From the NCBI GenBank assembly GCA_963676835.2, contig CAXXFF010000004.1:352001-416000 (forward strand): a stretch of DNA of 64,000 nucleotides, written 5' to 3'. Made by a program: the position numbers and the translations under genes. Every line of letters begins with the position of its first letter. The stretch's first letter is position 1. The notes below the pieces were generated by a model, which was not told the origin of the DNA, did not search any database, and was given only the letters and a program-made list of their open reading frames with translations. The DNA comes from Marispirochaeta sp. Its GTDB lineage: Bacteria; Spirochaetota; Spirochaetia; JC444; Marispirochaetaceae. Below, piece after piece: positions 1-9,950 of the stretch.

Positions 1-95
1 AATATATAGAAAAGGGAGACTTTGAACTGCTGCCCGTCAGCAACGGGGTCATATTGGGAACCCCCTCGGGGATTTACCGGCTTGTAATTGAATAA
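1..95 (+). CDS. 3' end of a gene entering from the left edge (partial, unknown product)
   Basis: Open frame from base 3, YIEKGDFELLPVSNGVILGTPSGIYRLVIE, stop TAA at 93-95. Confidence 0.5.
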   Translation, partial: YIEKGDFELLPVSNGVILGTPSGIYRLVIE

Positions 96-392
96 GAGTC
101 AATAAAAAGTCTACATGACAACCGCATGCGCCAGTTTGTTCCTGGACATACATCCTGCTTTTTAATTCATCCCGGGCAGTTTTTTCACCATGGACAGAAA
201 ACAGGTTTTACGGGGATTATAAGTACAAATATTTTTACGCTTTTACCAGTATCTTCGACAGGGAACTAATAGCAAAACATTGTAATCCCTGGTTATACCA
301 GAGCCCCAAACCTTAGGGAAAATATAATTTATAGTATTGTTGCCATTTAATATGTACTATCAAAACTCGTTGAGATAGCATAAAATGATAGT

Positions 393-737
393 ATGAGTAC
401 GGTTTCACCAATGAAATACCTTACTGAAACAGTAGAATCTCTAAAAACTCTGAATCCACTTAAAATTGTCCTGTTTGGATCTGCCGCACGGGGAGAAACA
501 CATGAATGGAGCGATTTAGATATTCTCATTGTTTTAGACGATGATAAGATCCCGGAATCGTATGAAGAAAAAATGAAACTCAAACTTGCTGTTCGAAAGA
601 CAATTCGCGAGCAAAGTTATAAGATACCAATCGACCTTCTCGTCTACACAAAACCTGAATATAATGCGATCAAAGCCCAAAACAGCTCTTTTATAAGAGA
701 AATCAGTATGGAAGGAAAAACCTTATATGAAAGATAA
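393..737 (+). CDS. Minimal nucleotidyltransferase (MNT) antitoxin-type protein
   Basis: LFGSAARGE...SDLDILIV and PIDLLVY motifs (GS-x10-DxD); 114 aa; overlaps the downstream HEPN gene. Confidence 0.9.
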   Translation: MSTVSPMKYLTETVESLKTLNPLKIVLFGSAARGETHEWSDLDILIVLDDDKIPESYEEKMKLKLAVRKTIREQSYKIPIDLLVYTKPEYNAIKAQNSSFIREISMEGKTLYER

Positions 738-1122
738 GGTGAAGGAATGGGTTCGATTTGCAGAATTAGATTACAAATCTGCAATAAAGTTGAATGAAGA
801 TGAAAACCTCACATCCTCTGCAGCATTTCATTGCCAGCAAGCTGTTGAAAAATATTTAAAAGCATTGATTGAAAATCTGGATATAGATGTGCCAAGAGTC
901 CACACACTTTTGGTTTTAATGAACATTGTAATGAGAAATTATAAAATAGAGTTTGATCGGGATATTTTAGATCAAATTAATGAAGTTTATATAGATACAC
1001 GATATCCATCCTCAACCGGATTAATCCCGGATGGGATTCCGCAAAGAGAAACAATTGCTCTTTTTCTTTCATTTGTTGAAAATATTAAAGATAAAGTAGC
1101 GAAGATACTGAATAAGGAATGA
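727..1122 (+). CDS. HEPN-domain protein (partner of MNT)
   Basis: AFHCQQAVEKYLKA, PRVHTL and TRYP motifs of classical HEPN; 11-bp overlap with the MNT gene; AT-rich. Confidence 0.9.
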   Translation: MKDKVKEWVRFAELDYKSAIKLNEDENLTSSAAFHCQQAVEKYLKALIENLDIDVPRVHTLLVLMNIVMRNYKIEFDRDILDQINEVYIDTRYPSSTGLIPDGIPQRETIALFLSFVENIKDKVAKILNKE

Positions 1123-1265
1123 TGGCGTATACCAGCAGTTGGAAAGTCAAACCTGCTGAGACAGTCTGGACAGCTACAGATGACTATGATTGCATATAAA
1201 AACATGAAAGAATTTACCAGAGTAGCTGGTTTATTGGTGGAAGATTGGGCAGAACAGGAGAAGCC

Positions 1266-1895
1266 ATGAAAAAGTTACCCCTGACGGCGCTGCTGATAAT
1301 TCTGGCCGGGTCCATTCTCTATGCGGATTCCGATGCCGGGCAAAAAAGACTTTTTAATCTGGCCATATGGCAGAACGGAAAATATATAACTCCCGAGGGA
1401 AACAGGTTTGACCTGGAACCGGCCCCGTTTAAAATCGAAGTAAGCATGGCAGACGGAGAAGAGCTGTTTGCGAACTTCCAGACCTCCGACAATCTCTACC
1501 GGGCCGTGGTTGAAGGAAGAAATTTCCGGAAGATTCTCGGGTTTGACGGCACCGGCCTGGCGGAGTCGATCGGAAATGAAAACCGGGACATCTGGCTGCA
1601 GAACCGCGGCTGGCAGGTATGGACCATTACCGGAGATGGACCACACCGATTCGATCAAATCCGCCCGGGAGACGGGAAAAGAACGGGAATACGAACGGTG
1701 GAACACCTCTACAGCCTGTCCGATTCAGGAAACGTGGAGTTTACCGAGGTGGATCAAATCTACTGCGTTATCTGCGATATTAAACGGATCGACTGGCTGA
1801 ATCAGAAATTGAAGGATGCTCAGGGATTTATCCTGAACTTTCAACAGAAGGGATTTGCCATGGATGTTTTCTCCCCGGGTTATCGTAGGCAATGA
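1266..1895 (+). CDS. Hypothetical exported protein
   Basis: AGGAG SD before ATG 1266; MKKLPLTALLIILAGSILYA signal peptide. Confidence 0.7.
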   Translation: MKKLPLTALLIILAGSILYADSDAGQKRLFNLAIWQNGKYITPEGNRFDLEPAPFKIEVSMADGEELFANFQTSDNLYRAVVEGRNFRKILGFDGTGLAESIGNENRDIWLQNRGWQVWTITGDGPHRFDQIRPGDGKRTGIRTVEHLYSLSDSGNVEFTEVDQIYCVICDIKRIDWLNQKLKDAQGFILNFQQKGFAMDVFSPGYRRQ

Positions 1896-1921
1896 GTCTA
1901 TAAACCACATTGACTTACATA

Positions 1922-2452
1922 CTACAGATATCGCCAGCTAATTCTCTGGCCGATTTTAAAGGCGAAAGAAAATCCGCTGGGAATACGCACATCATACTGA
2001 TCACTAACGAGCCAGTTATCACCGTTCTGATCGGTATAATAGGTCATACGGAAAAAATGGGGCAGTACACTGAGTTTACCGCTTGTAAGATAGCTGTGAT
2101 TGGTCATTTCCAGATACTGATCATCGCCGTAAAAAGTAATAATCTCGTTGTCCTCGGTTACGATACTGCCGCCGATTCTGACTTCATACTGCTGCATGCC
2201 AATAACGCCGGTGATATCAGGGTTGGAACCCGAACCAATAACAATGCCCGTATCACTGACAAATTCCACCTGCATGGTAATTTCAGCATTGAGATTATTC
2301 ATATCCATACTATGAATCAGTTCAATTGTATTGCTTGGTATACCCTGGCTTGTATCCTGGGGATTCTGTTCTTCATCCAAAGGTGTGGTACAGGAAGTGA
2401 GCAGCCCGTACAGGGCTGTAATGGTCAGGAAAATTCGAATACATTTTCTCAT
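1922..2452 (-). CDS. Hypothetical lipoprotein
   Basis: AAGGAGG SD before ATG at 2452; MRKCIRIFLTITALYGLLTS-C lipobox. Confidence 0.7.
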   Translation of the reverse strand: MRKCIRIFLTITALYGLLTSCTTPLDEEQNPQDTSQGIPSNTIELIHSMDMNNLNAEITMQVEFVSDTGIVIGSGSNPDITGVIGMQQYEVRIGGSIVTEDNEIITFYGDDQYLEMTNHSYLTSGKLSVLPHFFRMTYYTDQNGDNWLVSDQYDVRIPSGFSFAFKIGQRISWRYL

Positions 2453-2637
2453 GCATACCTCCTTTTTATTCTGACACTTTCGCTCAACATTGAGAAAATC
2501 TAACACACCCTAGGGGAAAAAACATTTTTTTATTCTCTTATTATTTCCCATCAACAAGAAGGGAAGAGATAAGTGCTCAGGAAAATCTGACTGGATTAGA
2601 ATTACCGTTTATTACAGTGTTCTTTTCAGACTCTTCA

Positions 2638-2660
2638 TGCTACCTTCATGGAACGTTCCC
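2638..2660 (+). promoter_or_regulatory. Extended -10 (TGcTACCTT) followed by LacI-family-like operator GGAACGTTCC
   Basis: Perfect palindrome at 2650-2659 with central CG, just downstream of a TGnTAnnnT element, about 30 bp before a sugar isomerase gene. Confidence 0.55.
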
Positions 2661-2688
2661 GCTATTCAATAACCGGAGATAAGAAAGA

Positions 2689-3501
2689 ATGATCAAATTC
2701 AGTACAACCGTAACCTGTCAGTATAACACCGCATTCTCGCCTTTCAAGGCATCCGAATACAGCAAGTCCCTTGAATGGGTAAAGAAAAGCGGTTTTGATT
2801 CCGCAGAAATCTGCATATCCAACTACAGCGGAGTAGATGTAAAGGCTATGAAAGAGGAGCTTACAACCCTCGGCCTCGGCTGTTCCACCATCTCCACCGG
2901 ACAGAGCCGAACCCTGGAGGATATATCCCTTATCCACGAAAATCCCGCCCAGAGGAAAAAAGCACAGGCGCGGATCAACGAGCATATCGATGCCGCTTCC
3001 GTTCTCGGCAGTAAGGTTACCATCGGCTTGCTTAGGGGCCTCGGCAGCACTGCAAAAGCTGCTGAAGAGATGAAACTCCTCACCGACAGTCTTGCACCCT
3101 GCCTTGAGCATGCGGAGAAGAACAATATTGTCCTGTTAATGGAAGCCATCAACCGCTACGAAACCGCCCACCTGAACAGCGCAGAGGATACCGTGAAGTT
3201 TATCGACACCATGGGTGGATCATCTTCCCTGGGAATTCTCTGGGATGTTTTTCATGCCAATATCGAAGATCCGGGGTTTGAAGAAGCCGTAAAAATCATG
3301 GGGCCAAAGCTCCGTCATGTCCATATGGCAGACTCCAATCGCTGGTTTCCCGGTTACGGACATCTTGATTTTGAAGGACTCTACAGCATTCTTTCTGCTG
3401 CAGGATATGATGACTACATGTCCTTCGAGTGCCTGAACCTGCCATCGGTGGAGGTGGTAATTGAAAAGTCCGGCGATTTTATCCGCAAGCTGAAAGGCTG
3501 A
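2689..3501 (+). CDS. Sugar phosphate isomerase/epimerase (xylose isomerase-like TIM barrel, IolO-like)
   Basis: MEAINRYE, WDVFHANIE, HVHMADSNRWFPGYGH and SFEC metal-binding motifs. Confidence 0.85.
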   Translation: MIKFSTTVTCQYNTAFSPFKASEYSKSLEWVKKSGFDSAEICISNYSGVDVKAMKEELTTLGLGCSTISTGQSRTLEDISLIHENPAQRKKAQARINEHIDAASVLGSKVTIGLLRGLGSTAKAAEEMKLLTDSLAPCLEHAEKNNIVLLMEAINRYETAHLNSAEDTVKFIDTMGGSSSLGILWDVFHANIEDPGFEEAVKIMGPKLRHVHMADSNRWFPGYGHLDFEGLYSILSAAGYDDYMSFECLNLPSVEVVIEKSGDFIRKLKG

Positions 3502-3504
3502 TAA

Positions 3505-4311
3505 TCAGGGATACTTTTCCGGAATCCAGCGCTGGGAATCGATGGGCGGCCGGGTGTAGTTTTCTGCATCCTGCCGCGGGGGCAGCGCAATGGGCTCAGG
3601 GGTAAGATCTTTATACTCAAACTGTGATAAAAGATGCCGGATACAGTTGAGCCGGGCATGTTTTTTGACATCCGCATTGACCACCCACCAGGGAGCCTGC
3701 TCAGTGTCGGTATACATGAACATTGAATCCTTGGCTTTGGAATACTCCACCCATTTTGACCGGGATTCAAGATCCATAGGGCTCAGCTTCCAGCGTTTGG
3801 AAGGATCATCAATTCTGTCCCGAAACCGCTTCTCCTGCTCGTCATCACTGACGGAAAACCAGTATTTAATCAGTTTAACTCCTGAACGGACAAGCATGCT
3901 TTCGAATTCCGGGCAGCTGCGCAAAAACTCCCGGTACTCCGCATCGGTACAGAATCCCATCACATGCTCAACTCCGGCCCGGTTGTACCAGCTGCGGTCA
4001 AACAGCACCATCTCGCCTGCAGCCGGCAGATGGGCGGCATAGCGCTGAAAGTACCACTGGGTTTTCTCTTTTTCCGTAGGAGTTCCCAGAGCTGCGATCC
4101 GGCAGTACCTGGGGTTGAGACTCTCGGTAATACGCTTAATTACACCGCCCTTCCCGGCGGCATCCCGCCCCTCGAAGATGACCACAACCTTAAGCCCTTC
4201 ATGCTTAATCCATTCCTGCAGCTTTACCAGTTCTGTCTGCATACGGCTGAGTTCCTTCTCGTAGTCGGCATTACTGATCTTTTCCGCTTTGTTTTTGTTT
4301 TTCCTGCCCAT
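3505..4311 (-). CDS. ppk2: Polyphosphate kinase 2
   Basis: FEGRDAAGKGG Walker A, FDRSWYNRAGVE, KRWKLSPMD. Confidence 0.95.
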   Translation of the reverse strand: MGRKNKNKAEKISNADYEKELSRMQTELVKLQEWIKHEGLKVVVIFEGRDAAGKGGVIKRITESLNPRYCRIAALGTPTEKEKTQWYFQRYAAHLPAAGEMVLFDRSWYNRAGVEHVMGFCTDAEYREFLRSCPEFESMLVRSGVKLIKYWFSVSDDEQEKRFRDRIDDPSKRWKLSPMDLESRSKWVEYSKAKDSMFMYTDTEQAPWWVVNADVKKHARLNCIRHLLSQFEYKDLTPEPIALPPRQDAENYTRPPIDSQRWIPEKYP

Positions 4312-4317
4312 AAGTAG

Positions 4318-4346
4318 AGTATAGGACCCGGCATTTCAGGTGTCAA
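4318..4346 (-). promoter_or_regulatory. sigma70 promoter of ppk2 (leaderless)
   Basis: TTGACA-17-TATACT on the minus strand; -10 ends 6 nt before the ATG. Confidence 0.75.
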
Positions 4347-4397
4347 AGAATCTCTTCTGTCTTTATTCAAGGGGAATATATTTGAAGTAGATAAACT

Positions 4398-6221
4398 CTA
4401 ATTCCGGGGTACCTGTTTAACCGGATCTGCCGCAAACTTTACCTCAGAGGAAAAGCCCTCAGAAGTATGGACATTGGAGAAGACACCGTTAAGCTGTTCA
4501 GTCAATATTGAAACCAGCATGAGACCAAAGCCTTCACGGCCCATGGAATCCGGAATGCCCCTGCCTGAATCAATAACCTGCAAGAGCACCGTTTCTCCGC
4601 TTTTTTTAACAGAAACTGAAAGTCTCCCCCGGGTATCCCCGGGGAATGCATACTTCATCGAGTTGGTAACCAGCTCATTTACAATAAGACCAAGGGCAAA
4701 GAGGTCTTTAATGCCCATATCAAAATCATCAAGATCAGTACTTATTTGAATGGTATTGCTGCGGGGAAATATATCAAAAAGAGCGCTTAGCAAATCACCA
4801 ATATACAGGCTGACCGACAGGATCGTATAGCTTTCTGTCATAAAAAGCTTGTCATAAATAACCCGCATACTCCTAACCCGACTGATCGCATCCTGAAGTA
4901 TTTCAACAGAAGGACCATCTTTAATACCGTCAGCCTGCGTCTGAAGAAGAGTCTCCACAGAACTGATATTATTTTTAATTCTGTGATTGACCTCTTTCAG
5001 AAGAATCTCTTTTTCAGCAGTCTGATTTTTAGCCAGGGCTTCCGCCTGTTTCATATGCGTAATATCATGAAGGAACCAGATTCTGCCAAGATATTTTCCC
5101 GAATTATCCAGAATGGGCGAAGAATAGCGGTCATAACAGGTTCCATTTTTCAGGTAAATTTCATCTCTACTGGTTTCAGATTTATGATCATACAGATAGC
5201 GTATTTTTGTAAAAAATGCATCGGGATTAACAACTTTTGTCATTGAATTTTGAAGCAGAAGGTTATCATCTTTCAGCTGGATCAGATCTTCCGGGACTTC
5301 AAAGATCTGACAGAATTTTTCATTAAATGAAATTACCTTCCCGTCGATGTCTACAACCAGGATTCCATCCAGCGATGTATTATGCTCCGCTTCCAGGATA
5401 GCATGCACCATCCGGTTATCTTTTTCCATATGGACTTTCTCAGTGATATCCATAAAATATCCGTACAGCTGTTTAGGCTTATTATTTTCAACCAAAGCCT
5501 GGGTAACCGACCAGATCCACTTCTTTTTACCCGCAGGTGTGGTGAAGGGCAGTTCCATACTATAGGGTTTACCGGTTTTTACACATTCATCATAAGCTTC
5601 CAGAATACACTGCCGGGATTTCTCATCATAGCAATTAATACTCAAATCGAGCTTTTCCTGCAGGGACGAAACTTCACTCTTTTTTATATCATGGATTTCA
5701 TACAGGGCATCAGTCCATTCCATTGTCCCGTACTCAAGGTCTTGAATCCAACCTCCTATCTTCGCCAGAGACTGGGTAAGGCCCAGTAGTTTTTCGCTCT
5801 TCTTAAGAGAAATCTCCTTCTCTTTTTCCGCCAGTTTTGATGCAAAAAGCTTAAATGCCATCTTAATAGATGCATCGAGGACTACAATACCGGAGTTCTT
5901 GACCACGTAACCATAGCTGGTAATACGCTCTGTTTTTTCGACAACTTCTTTCTCTATGTGAGAGGAGAGAAATACGATGGGAATATCTTTTACTGTGAGA
6001 ATCTGCTCTGCTGCCTCCGTTCCGTCAATTCCCGGTCCGAGATTTATATCCATAAGAATAAGATCCGGAGGATCAGCATCCTCAAGCGCTTTGAAGACGG
6101 CAGCTTCACCGGTATGCACAAGAGAAACAGAATAGCCGTAGGACTGCAGCTCCTCCCGCTCTGCAAGACCGATAATTACCTCGTCTTCTACAAGAAGAAT
6201 CTTTTTTGCATTTACATTCAC
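4398..6221 (-). CDS. Hybrid receiver-PAS-PAS histidine kinase (HisKA_2 type)
   Basis: ILLVEDE/LMDINLG receiver; two PAS/PAC units; LLKEVNHRIKNN H-box; NELVTNSMKYAF; DSGRG. Confidence 0.9.
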   Translation of the reverse strand: MNVNAKKILLVEDEVIIGLAEREELQSYGYSVSLVHTGEAAVFKALEDADPPDLILMDINLGPGIDGTEAAEQILTVKDIPIVFLSSHIEKEVVEKTERITSYGYVVKNSGIVVLDASIKMAFKLFASKLAEKEKEISLKKSEKLLGLTQSLAKIGGWIQDLEYGTMEWTDALYEIHDIKKSEVSSLQEKLDLSINCYDEKSRQCILEAYDECVKTGKPYSMELPFTTPAGKKKWIWSVTQALVENNKPKQLYGYFMDITEKVHMEKDNRMVHAILEAEHNTSLDGILVVDIDGKVISFNEKFCQIFEVPEDLIQLKDDNLLLQNSMTKVVNPDAFFTKIRYLYDHKSETSRDEIYLKNGTCYDRYSSPILDNSGKYLGRIWFLHDITHMKQAEALAKNQTAEKEILLKEVNHRIKNNISSVETLLQTQADGIKDGPSVEILQDAISRVRSMRVIYDKLFMTESYTILSVSLYIGDLLSALFDIFPRSNTIQISTDLDDFDMGIKDLFALGLIVNELVTNSMKYAFPGDTRGRLSVSVKKSGETVLLQVIDSGRGIPDSMGREGFGLMLVSILTEQLNGVFSNVHTSEGFSSEVKFAADPVKQVPRN

Positions 6222-6387
6222 GGATATATTCTAACTGCATTTTTATTTCGACGCAAAGAATATTATTCCGGCAGCCAACATGACTTGCAGTACAAATGCG
6301 AGGTTTACTACGAAAAAATACCTAAAGGACACTCCAAAAAAACTTGGCATTTTTACCATAGCTGAGAAGGATAGTTTTAGAGGTACT

Positions 6388-7470
6388 TTAAAGCTGATCT
6401 TCCTGTTTCCAGGCAGAGAGAGCAGTTCCTTTATGCACCCTGCCCCTCAGATTTCTGCCGGAACTCTCCGCTCTTTCCACTTCTCCTGCGTTAAGCCCGA
6501 TAAGCAGCAGCCCCCGGTCCACCGTTGCCTGGTATATCTTCTCCATATCATTCAGCTCCGGCTGGGAAAGGTTGAAAACAGACAAGCCCGGAATAGACGC
6601 CGCCTGTTCAATATAATGATCCCCCCGACCGCAAAAATGGATCCCCCCTCCAAAGCGCGAGAGAATCGCCGCATCACAGGGCTGGACAAACGCAGCGTAC
6701 ATTTCACCGGAAATGTTCATGGCCGAATCGTTGCGGATAATGGTATGGCCTCTATGCAGCATCCCCCACTCCACACTGTATTCCGGCGAATAGGGCGCCG
6801 CAGCTTCATGCCACTTTTCAGTAAAGTCGATATAGAGCCTGGTAAAGAAATCAAGGGCAGCCCTTACTTCATCTTCAAGTTCGTACATGGCTATGTAGAT
6901 ATCGCTTCCCCACATGGATTCACAGAGAGAAAACGGCCCCTGCAGGTCGGGATTATACATCTTTACAAACTCACTAATACGCGGATAGTCCTTCACCTCT
7001 TCCCGGAACTTGTCTGCAAACTCAAATACCTTTCCTGCAAGACCGCCGGTATAGTCATATTTATTGTTTTCAATGAGTTCAAGGATAGCTGTTCCTCCCT
7101 CCGGCAGGGGCCGGGTGGAAGGCAACGTATCAATCTCCCTGTCGAGAAGAAACAGTTCAGCACCGAACATGGCGGGGATTATGCCGGTTCCGTAATTGGG
7201 GCGGACAGAAAGAATATCCCCGGAACCCCGGGCCAGGGCCTCCGAACAGAGCCTGAGCTGGGAGTAAATCATCAACTCCATATTGTTGAAGGCATCATTT
7301 ATCAGGATCTTCGGCCATTCAATGCCGGGAGAAACCGGCCTGCGGGAAGGAGAGAATACTTCCCCGGAAAAATCAAGATCCGCGAAGCTTTCCCAGGAGG
7401 AAAGCAGCATGTTCTCCTGTTCCGGGTTTATCCGTTTTTCAAGGTCGATAAGATACTTATATAAATCCAT
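6388..7470 (-). CDS. Uroporphyrinogen decarboxylase / methyltransferase (URO-D/MtaA-like) family protein
   Basis: PDLQGPFS, RNDSAMNIS..MY..FV.P and HFCG motifs; start could be 7476. Confidence 0.65.
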   Translation of the reverse strand: MDLYKYLIDLEKRINPEQENMLLSSWESFADLDFSGEVFSPSRRPVSPGIEWPKILINDAFNNMELMIYSQLRLCSEALARGSGDILSVRPNYGTGIIPAMFGAELFLLDREIDTLPSTRPLPEGGTAILELIENNKYDYTGGLAGKVFEFADKFREEVKDYPRISEFVKMYNPDLQGPFSLCESMWGSDIYIAMYELEDEVRAALDFFTRLYIDFTEKWHEAAAPYSPEYSVEWGMLHRGHTIIRNDSAMNISGEMYAAFVQPCDAAILSRFGGGIHFCGRGDHYIEQAASIPGLSVFNLSQPELNDMEKIYQATVDRGLLLIGLNAGEVERAESSGRNLRGRVHKGTALSAWKQEDQL

Positions 7471-7501
7471 GCGCAAAATCCTTTACCCTCAATAAAAATC
7501 C

Positions 7502-8302
7502 CTACTCCACCCGGTTCATCATCTTCCCCTTCATGGTGCAGTAGATGATCTTCCTGGGGGTAAGCTTGTGGATCATATAAATAAACTTGTAGAAGAGCCC
7601 GGGCACAAGGATTACCGGCGGGTTCTTTTTCTGCAGGGATTTCACTGAATCCGCAACTATCCGGGCGGGCTCCATCCAGCGGAAGACGCCTGAGTTCTTC
7701 TGGTTAAACCCCTTCCCAAGCCCAAGCTGCTCATGAAAACCGGTGCGGATAAAGCCCGGGCAGAGGGCCTGAACCTTCACGCCTGTATCAACCAGTTCCT
7801 GCTGCAGCGCCTCCGACCAGCGAACCAGAAAGGCCTTGGTGCCGCTGTACATTGAGTCCAGGGGCGCCGGGAAAAATCCGGCAATGGAGGCTACATTAAT
7901 AATTGCCCCGGAACCTTTCTGCTTCATCCCCGGCAGCACTTCGTGGGTCAGCCGGGTAACCGCCAGGACATGCACAGAGAGCATGGCGTACTGATTTGCA
8001 TAGCTGTCGGCCGAGAAGGGCTTCGGACTGCCGAATCCGGCATTATTTACCAGCACCGCAAGGTCTTTAATACCTGAAAGCTCCCGGGCCAGATTCTCAG
8101 TCTCTTCTGCGGAAGAGAGATCCACCTTGCGGATTTCCACGGAACAGCCGTAACGGCTAGATAGGTCGTTCTGTATCTTCTGAAGGATTTCTATACGCCG
8201 GGCGGTAAGTATGAGGCTATAGCCCTGCCGGGCATAATACTCGGCATAGGCCAGACCTATTCCGGAACTGGCTCCGGTAATCACTGCGGTTAAGTTTTCC
8301 AT
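7502..8302 (-). CDS. Short-chain dehydrogenase/reductase
   Basis: TGASSGIG, VNNAGFG, YSGTK; start moved to ATG 8302, 6 nt after TATAGT. Confidence 0.9.
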   Translation of the reverse strand: MENLTAVITGASSGIGLAYAEYYARQGYSLILTARRIEILQKIQNDLSSRYGCSVEIRKVDLSSAEETENLARELSGIKDLAVLVNNAGFGSPKPFSADSYANQYAMLSVHVLAVTRLTHEVLPGMKQKGSGAIINVASIAGFFPAPLDSMYSGTKAFLVRWSEALQQELVDTGVKVQALCPGFIRTGFHEQLGLGKGFNQKNSGVFRWMEPARIVADSVKSLQKKNPPVILVPGLFYKFIYMIHKLTPRKIIYCTMKGKMMNRVE

Positions 8303-8370
8303 TCTTTTACTATACCGGGAAATAAGGCCCGGCACACCCTTTGCCCGGAAAATTTGAGATTTGAAAAAGA

Positions 8371-8401
8371 AAAAAAAGCCGGGACTTAAAACAGCCCCGG
8401 C
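8371..8401 (-). terminator. Rho-independent terminator of the OMP-ankyrin operon
   Basis: Minus strand GCCGGGGCT-GTTTTA-AGTCCCGGC followed by a T run. Confidence 0.8.
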
Positions 8402-8423
8402 AAACACGAAAAAGAAACAGCAA

Positions 8424-9932
8424 CTATAATGCAGATGCCGATTTTGCACCGGCAGCGGTAATCAGGTTACGCATTTCATCGTAGCGGGAACTGGTCGGCA
8501 GAGTATCCAGCGGAGTTTTCCCGCTCTCATCCACAACATTCAGATCAATTCCCTTTTCAATGCAAAGCTGAACAACTTCCATGCGCTTGTTGCGTACTGC
8601 AAAATGAAGCAGGGTTTTTCCCCGGAGATAGACCCGGCTGAGGTCCGCACCATGAGCAGCAAGGTAAATTATCTTGTCGTCTTCCGGATGCTGCTGCAGA
8701 GTGCTCAAAAGAATATTGCTGTCCGAAATATCAGCACCTTTATCTATCAGATAGCGGGCAACCTCAAAGTTATAGCACAGGTTGTTAAGATCAAAAGCAT
8801 TAACCGAGCATCCTTTTGAGAGAAGCAGATCAATCAGCTTCAGCAGATCATCCGTGGGCATAACGGAACTGATCTTATATGCAATCTTCGCAGGATCGGC
8901 GCCATACTTCAGCAGAATTTCAGCACATTCGCTAATGCCGTTGGCACTGTAGTCACCATCGGAAATGACTGCACCGCTTTTGAGCAGCGTCTCCACTGTT
9001 ACAGGCTTACGGATTTCAATGGCTCTTACGAGGGGCGTCTTCCCCTGGCTGTCGGCAATATTGATATCCGCACCATTTTTAATCAGCAGCTCAGCAAGCT
9101 GTACAGGACTGCCCATTTTGTCGCCCTGATCTTTACCGTCGGCTTCCATAAGCATTCTAAGAGGTGTCATGCCTTTACCATCGGTTTCATTTACCCCGAG
9201 TCCGGCATCTATGAGAGCCTGAACCATCTCAAGGCGGTTATCGAATACCGCAGTTGATGGATAACTATCGCAGGCCATATGCAGAACAGGTTCTCCCTTT
9301 CGGTCGGCAAGTCCAACAGGACTTACCCCTTTATCAAGAGCCCAGGCAGTGATTTTACCCGCCTTGGCATGGACCGCATCAAGCAGGAATCTGCCGTCCA
9401 CCGGCGTGTAGGCGGTAAATGCTTCCATTGCAGCAAGGTCATCAGCCTTCAGGACTTCATAGAATCTTTTAATCTTGTCTCCCACCAGGTTGTTGGCGAA
9501 CTCCCACCGGGGACTTCCGGCCAGTTCTCCATTCATGGCATGGGGAAAGCTGTTTCCCCGGTCATCCCGCTGGAGGATCCAGGCTTTCTTCTCCACCAGC
9601 AGTTCTGTAACTGCATTACCGGCTCCCACCATGGGAAAATGCTTCTCCGCCAGATGGAGTAGAAGCACATCATCTGCCACAAGGGTTCGTACATCGTCCA
9701 CATTGCCAAGCAGATCGTTCAGGGCATCGTAATCCCCGGCGGTAACGGCTTCGACAATGGTCTCCTGGTTAACCTCCTTGCCGGAAAGAGAGAAAACCAC
9801 CTTCCGTTCAACAGATTTAACCTTGGTGTCCACAGCCTTGTTCAGGTTCTCTTTCAGAGAAAGACTTGTGGGCAGACCGGAACAGCCAGCAAAAACAAAA
9901 ACTGCTATAAGTACTGCTATTATTTTTTTCAT
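8424..9932 (-). CDS. Ankyrin-repeat lipoprotein
   Basis: MKKIIAVLIAVFVFAG-C lipobox; repeated GxTPL/LHxA...LxxGADxN units. Confidence 0.85.
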   Translation of the reverse strand: MKKIIAVLIAVFVFAGCSGLPTSLSLKENLNKAVDTKVKSVERKVVFSLSGKEVNQETIVEAVTAGDYDALNDLLGNVDDVRTLVADDVLLLHLAEKHFPMVGAGNAVTELLVEKKAWILQRDDRGNSFPHAMNGELAGSPRWEFANNLVGDKIKRFYEVLKADDLAAMEAFTAYTPVDGRFLLDAVHAKAGKITAWALDKGVSPVGLADRKGEPVLHMACDSYPSTAVFDNRLEMVQALIDAGLGVNETDGKGMTPLRMLMEADGKDQGDKMGSPVQLAELLIKNGADINIADSQGKTPLVRAIEIRKPVTVETLLKSGAVISDGDYSANGISECAEILLKYGADPAKIAYKISSVMPTDDLLKLIDLLLSKGCSVNAFDLNNLCYNFEVARYLIDKGADISDSNILLSTLQQHPEDDKIIYLAAHGADLSRVYLRGKTLLHFAVRNKRMEVVQLCIEKGIDLNVVDESGKTPLDTLPTSSRYDEMRNLITAAGAKSASAL

Positions 9933-9950
9933 ATCTACTCTCACTTTTCT

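Noticed and set aside
1133..1158. CAGCAG...CTGCTG inverted repeat after the HEPN gene
   Set aside because: Weak stem with no U-tract; cannot call a terminator.
311..2520. CCTTAGGGAAAA (311) and CCTAGGGGAAAA (about 2509) as island boundaries
   Set aside because: Short and imperfect; consistent with chance.
6280..7464. 394-aa plus-strand ORF
   Set aside because: Antisense shadow of the URO-D-like gene; no motifs.
8303..8449. N-terminal extension of the SDR (similar extensions at 16776, 25872, 32398 and 60619)
   Set aside because: These run through terminators or promoters; at 16776 the TTG start is itself the -35 element.
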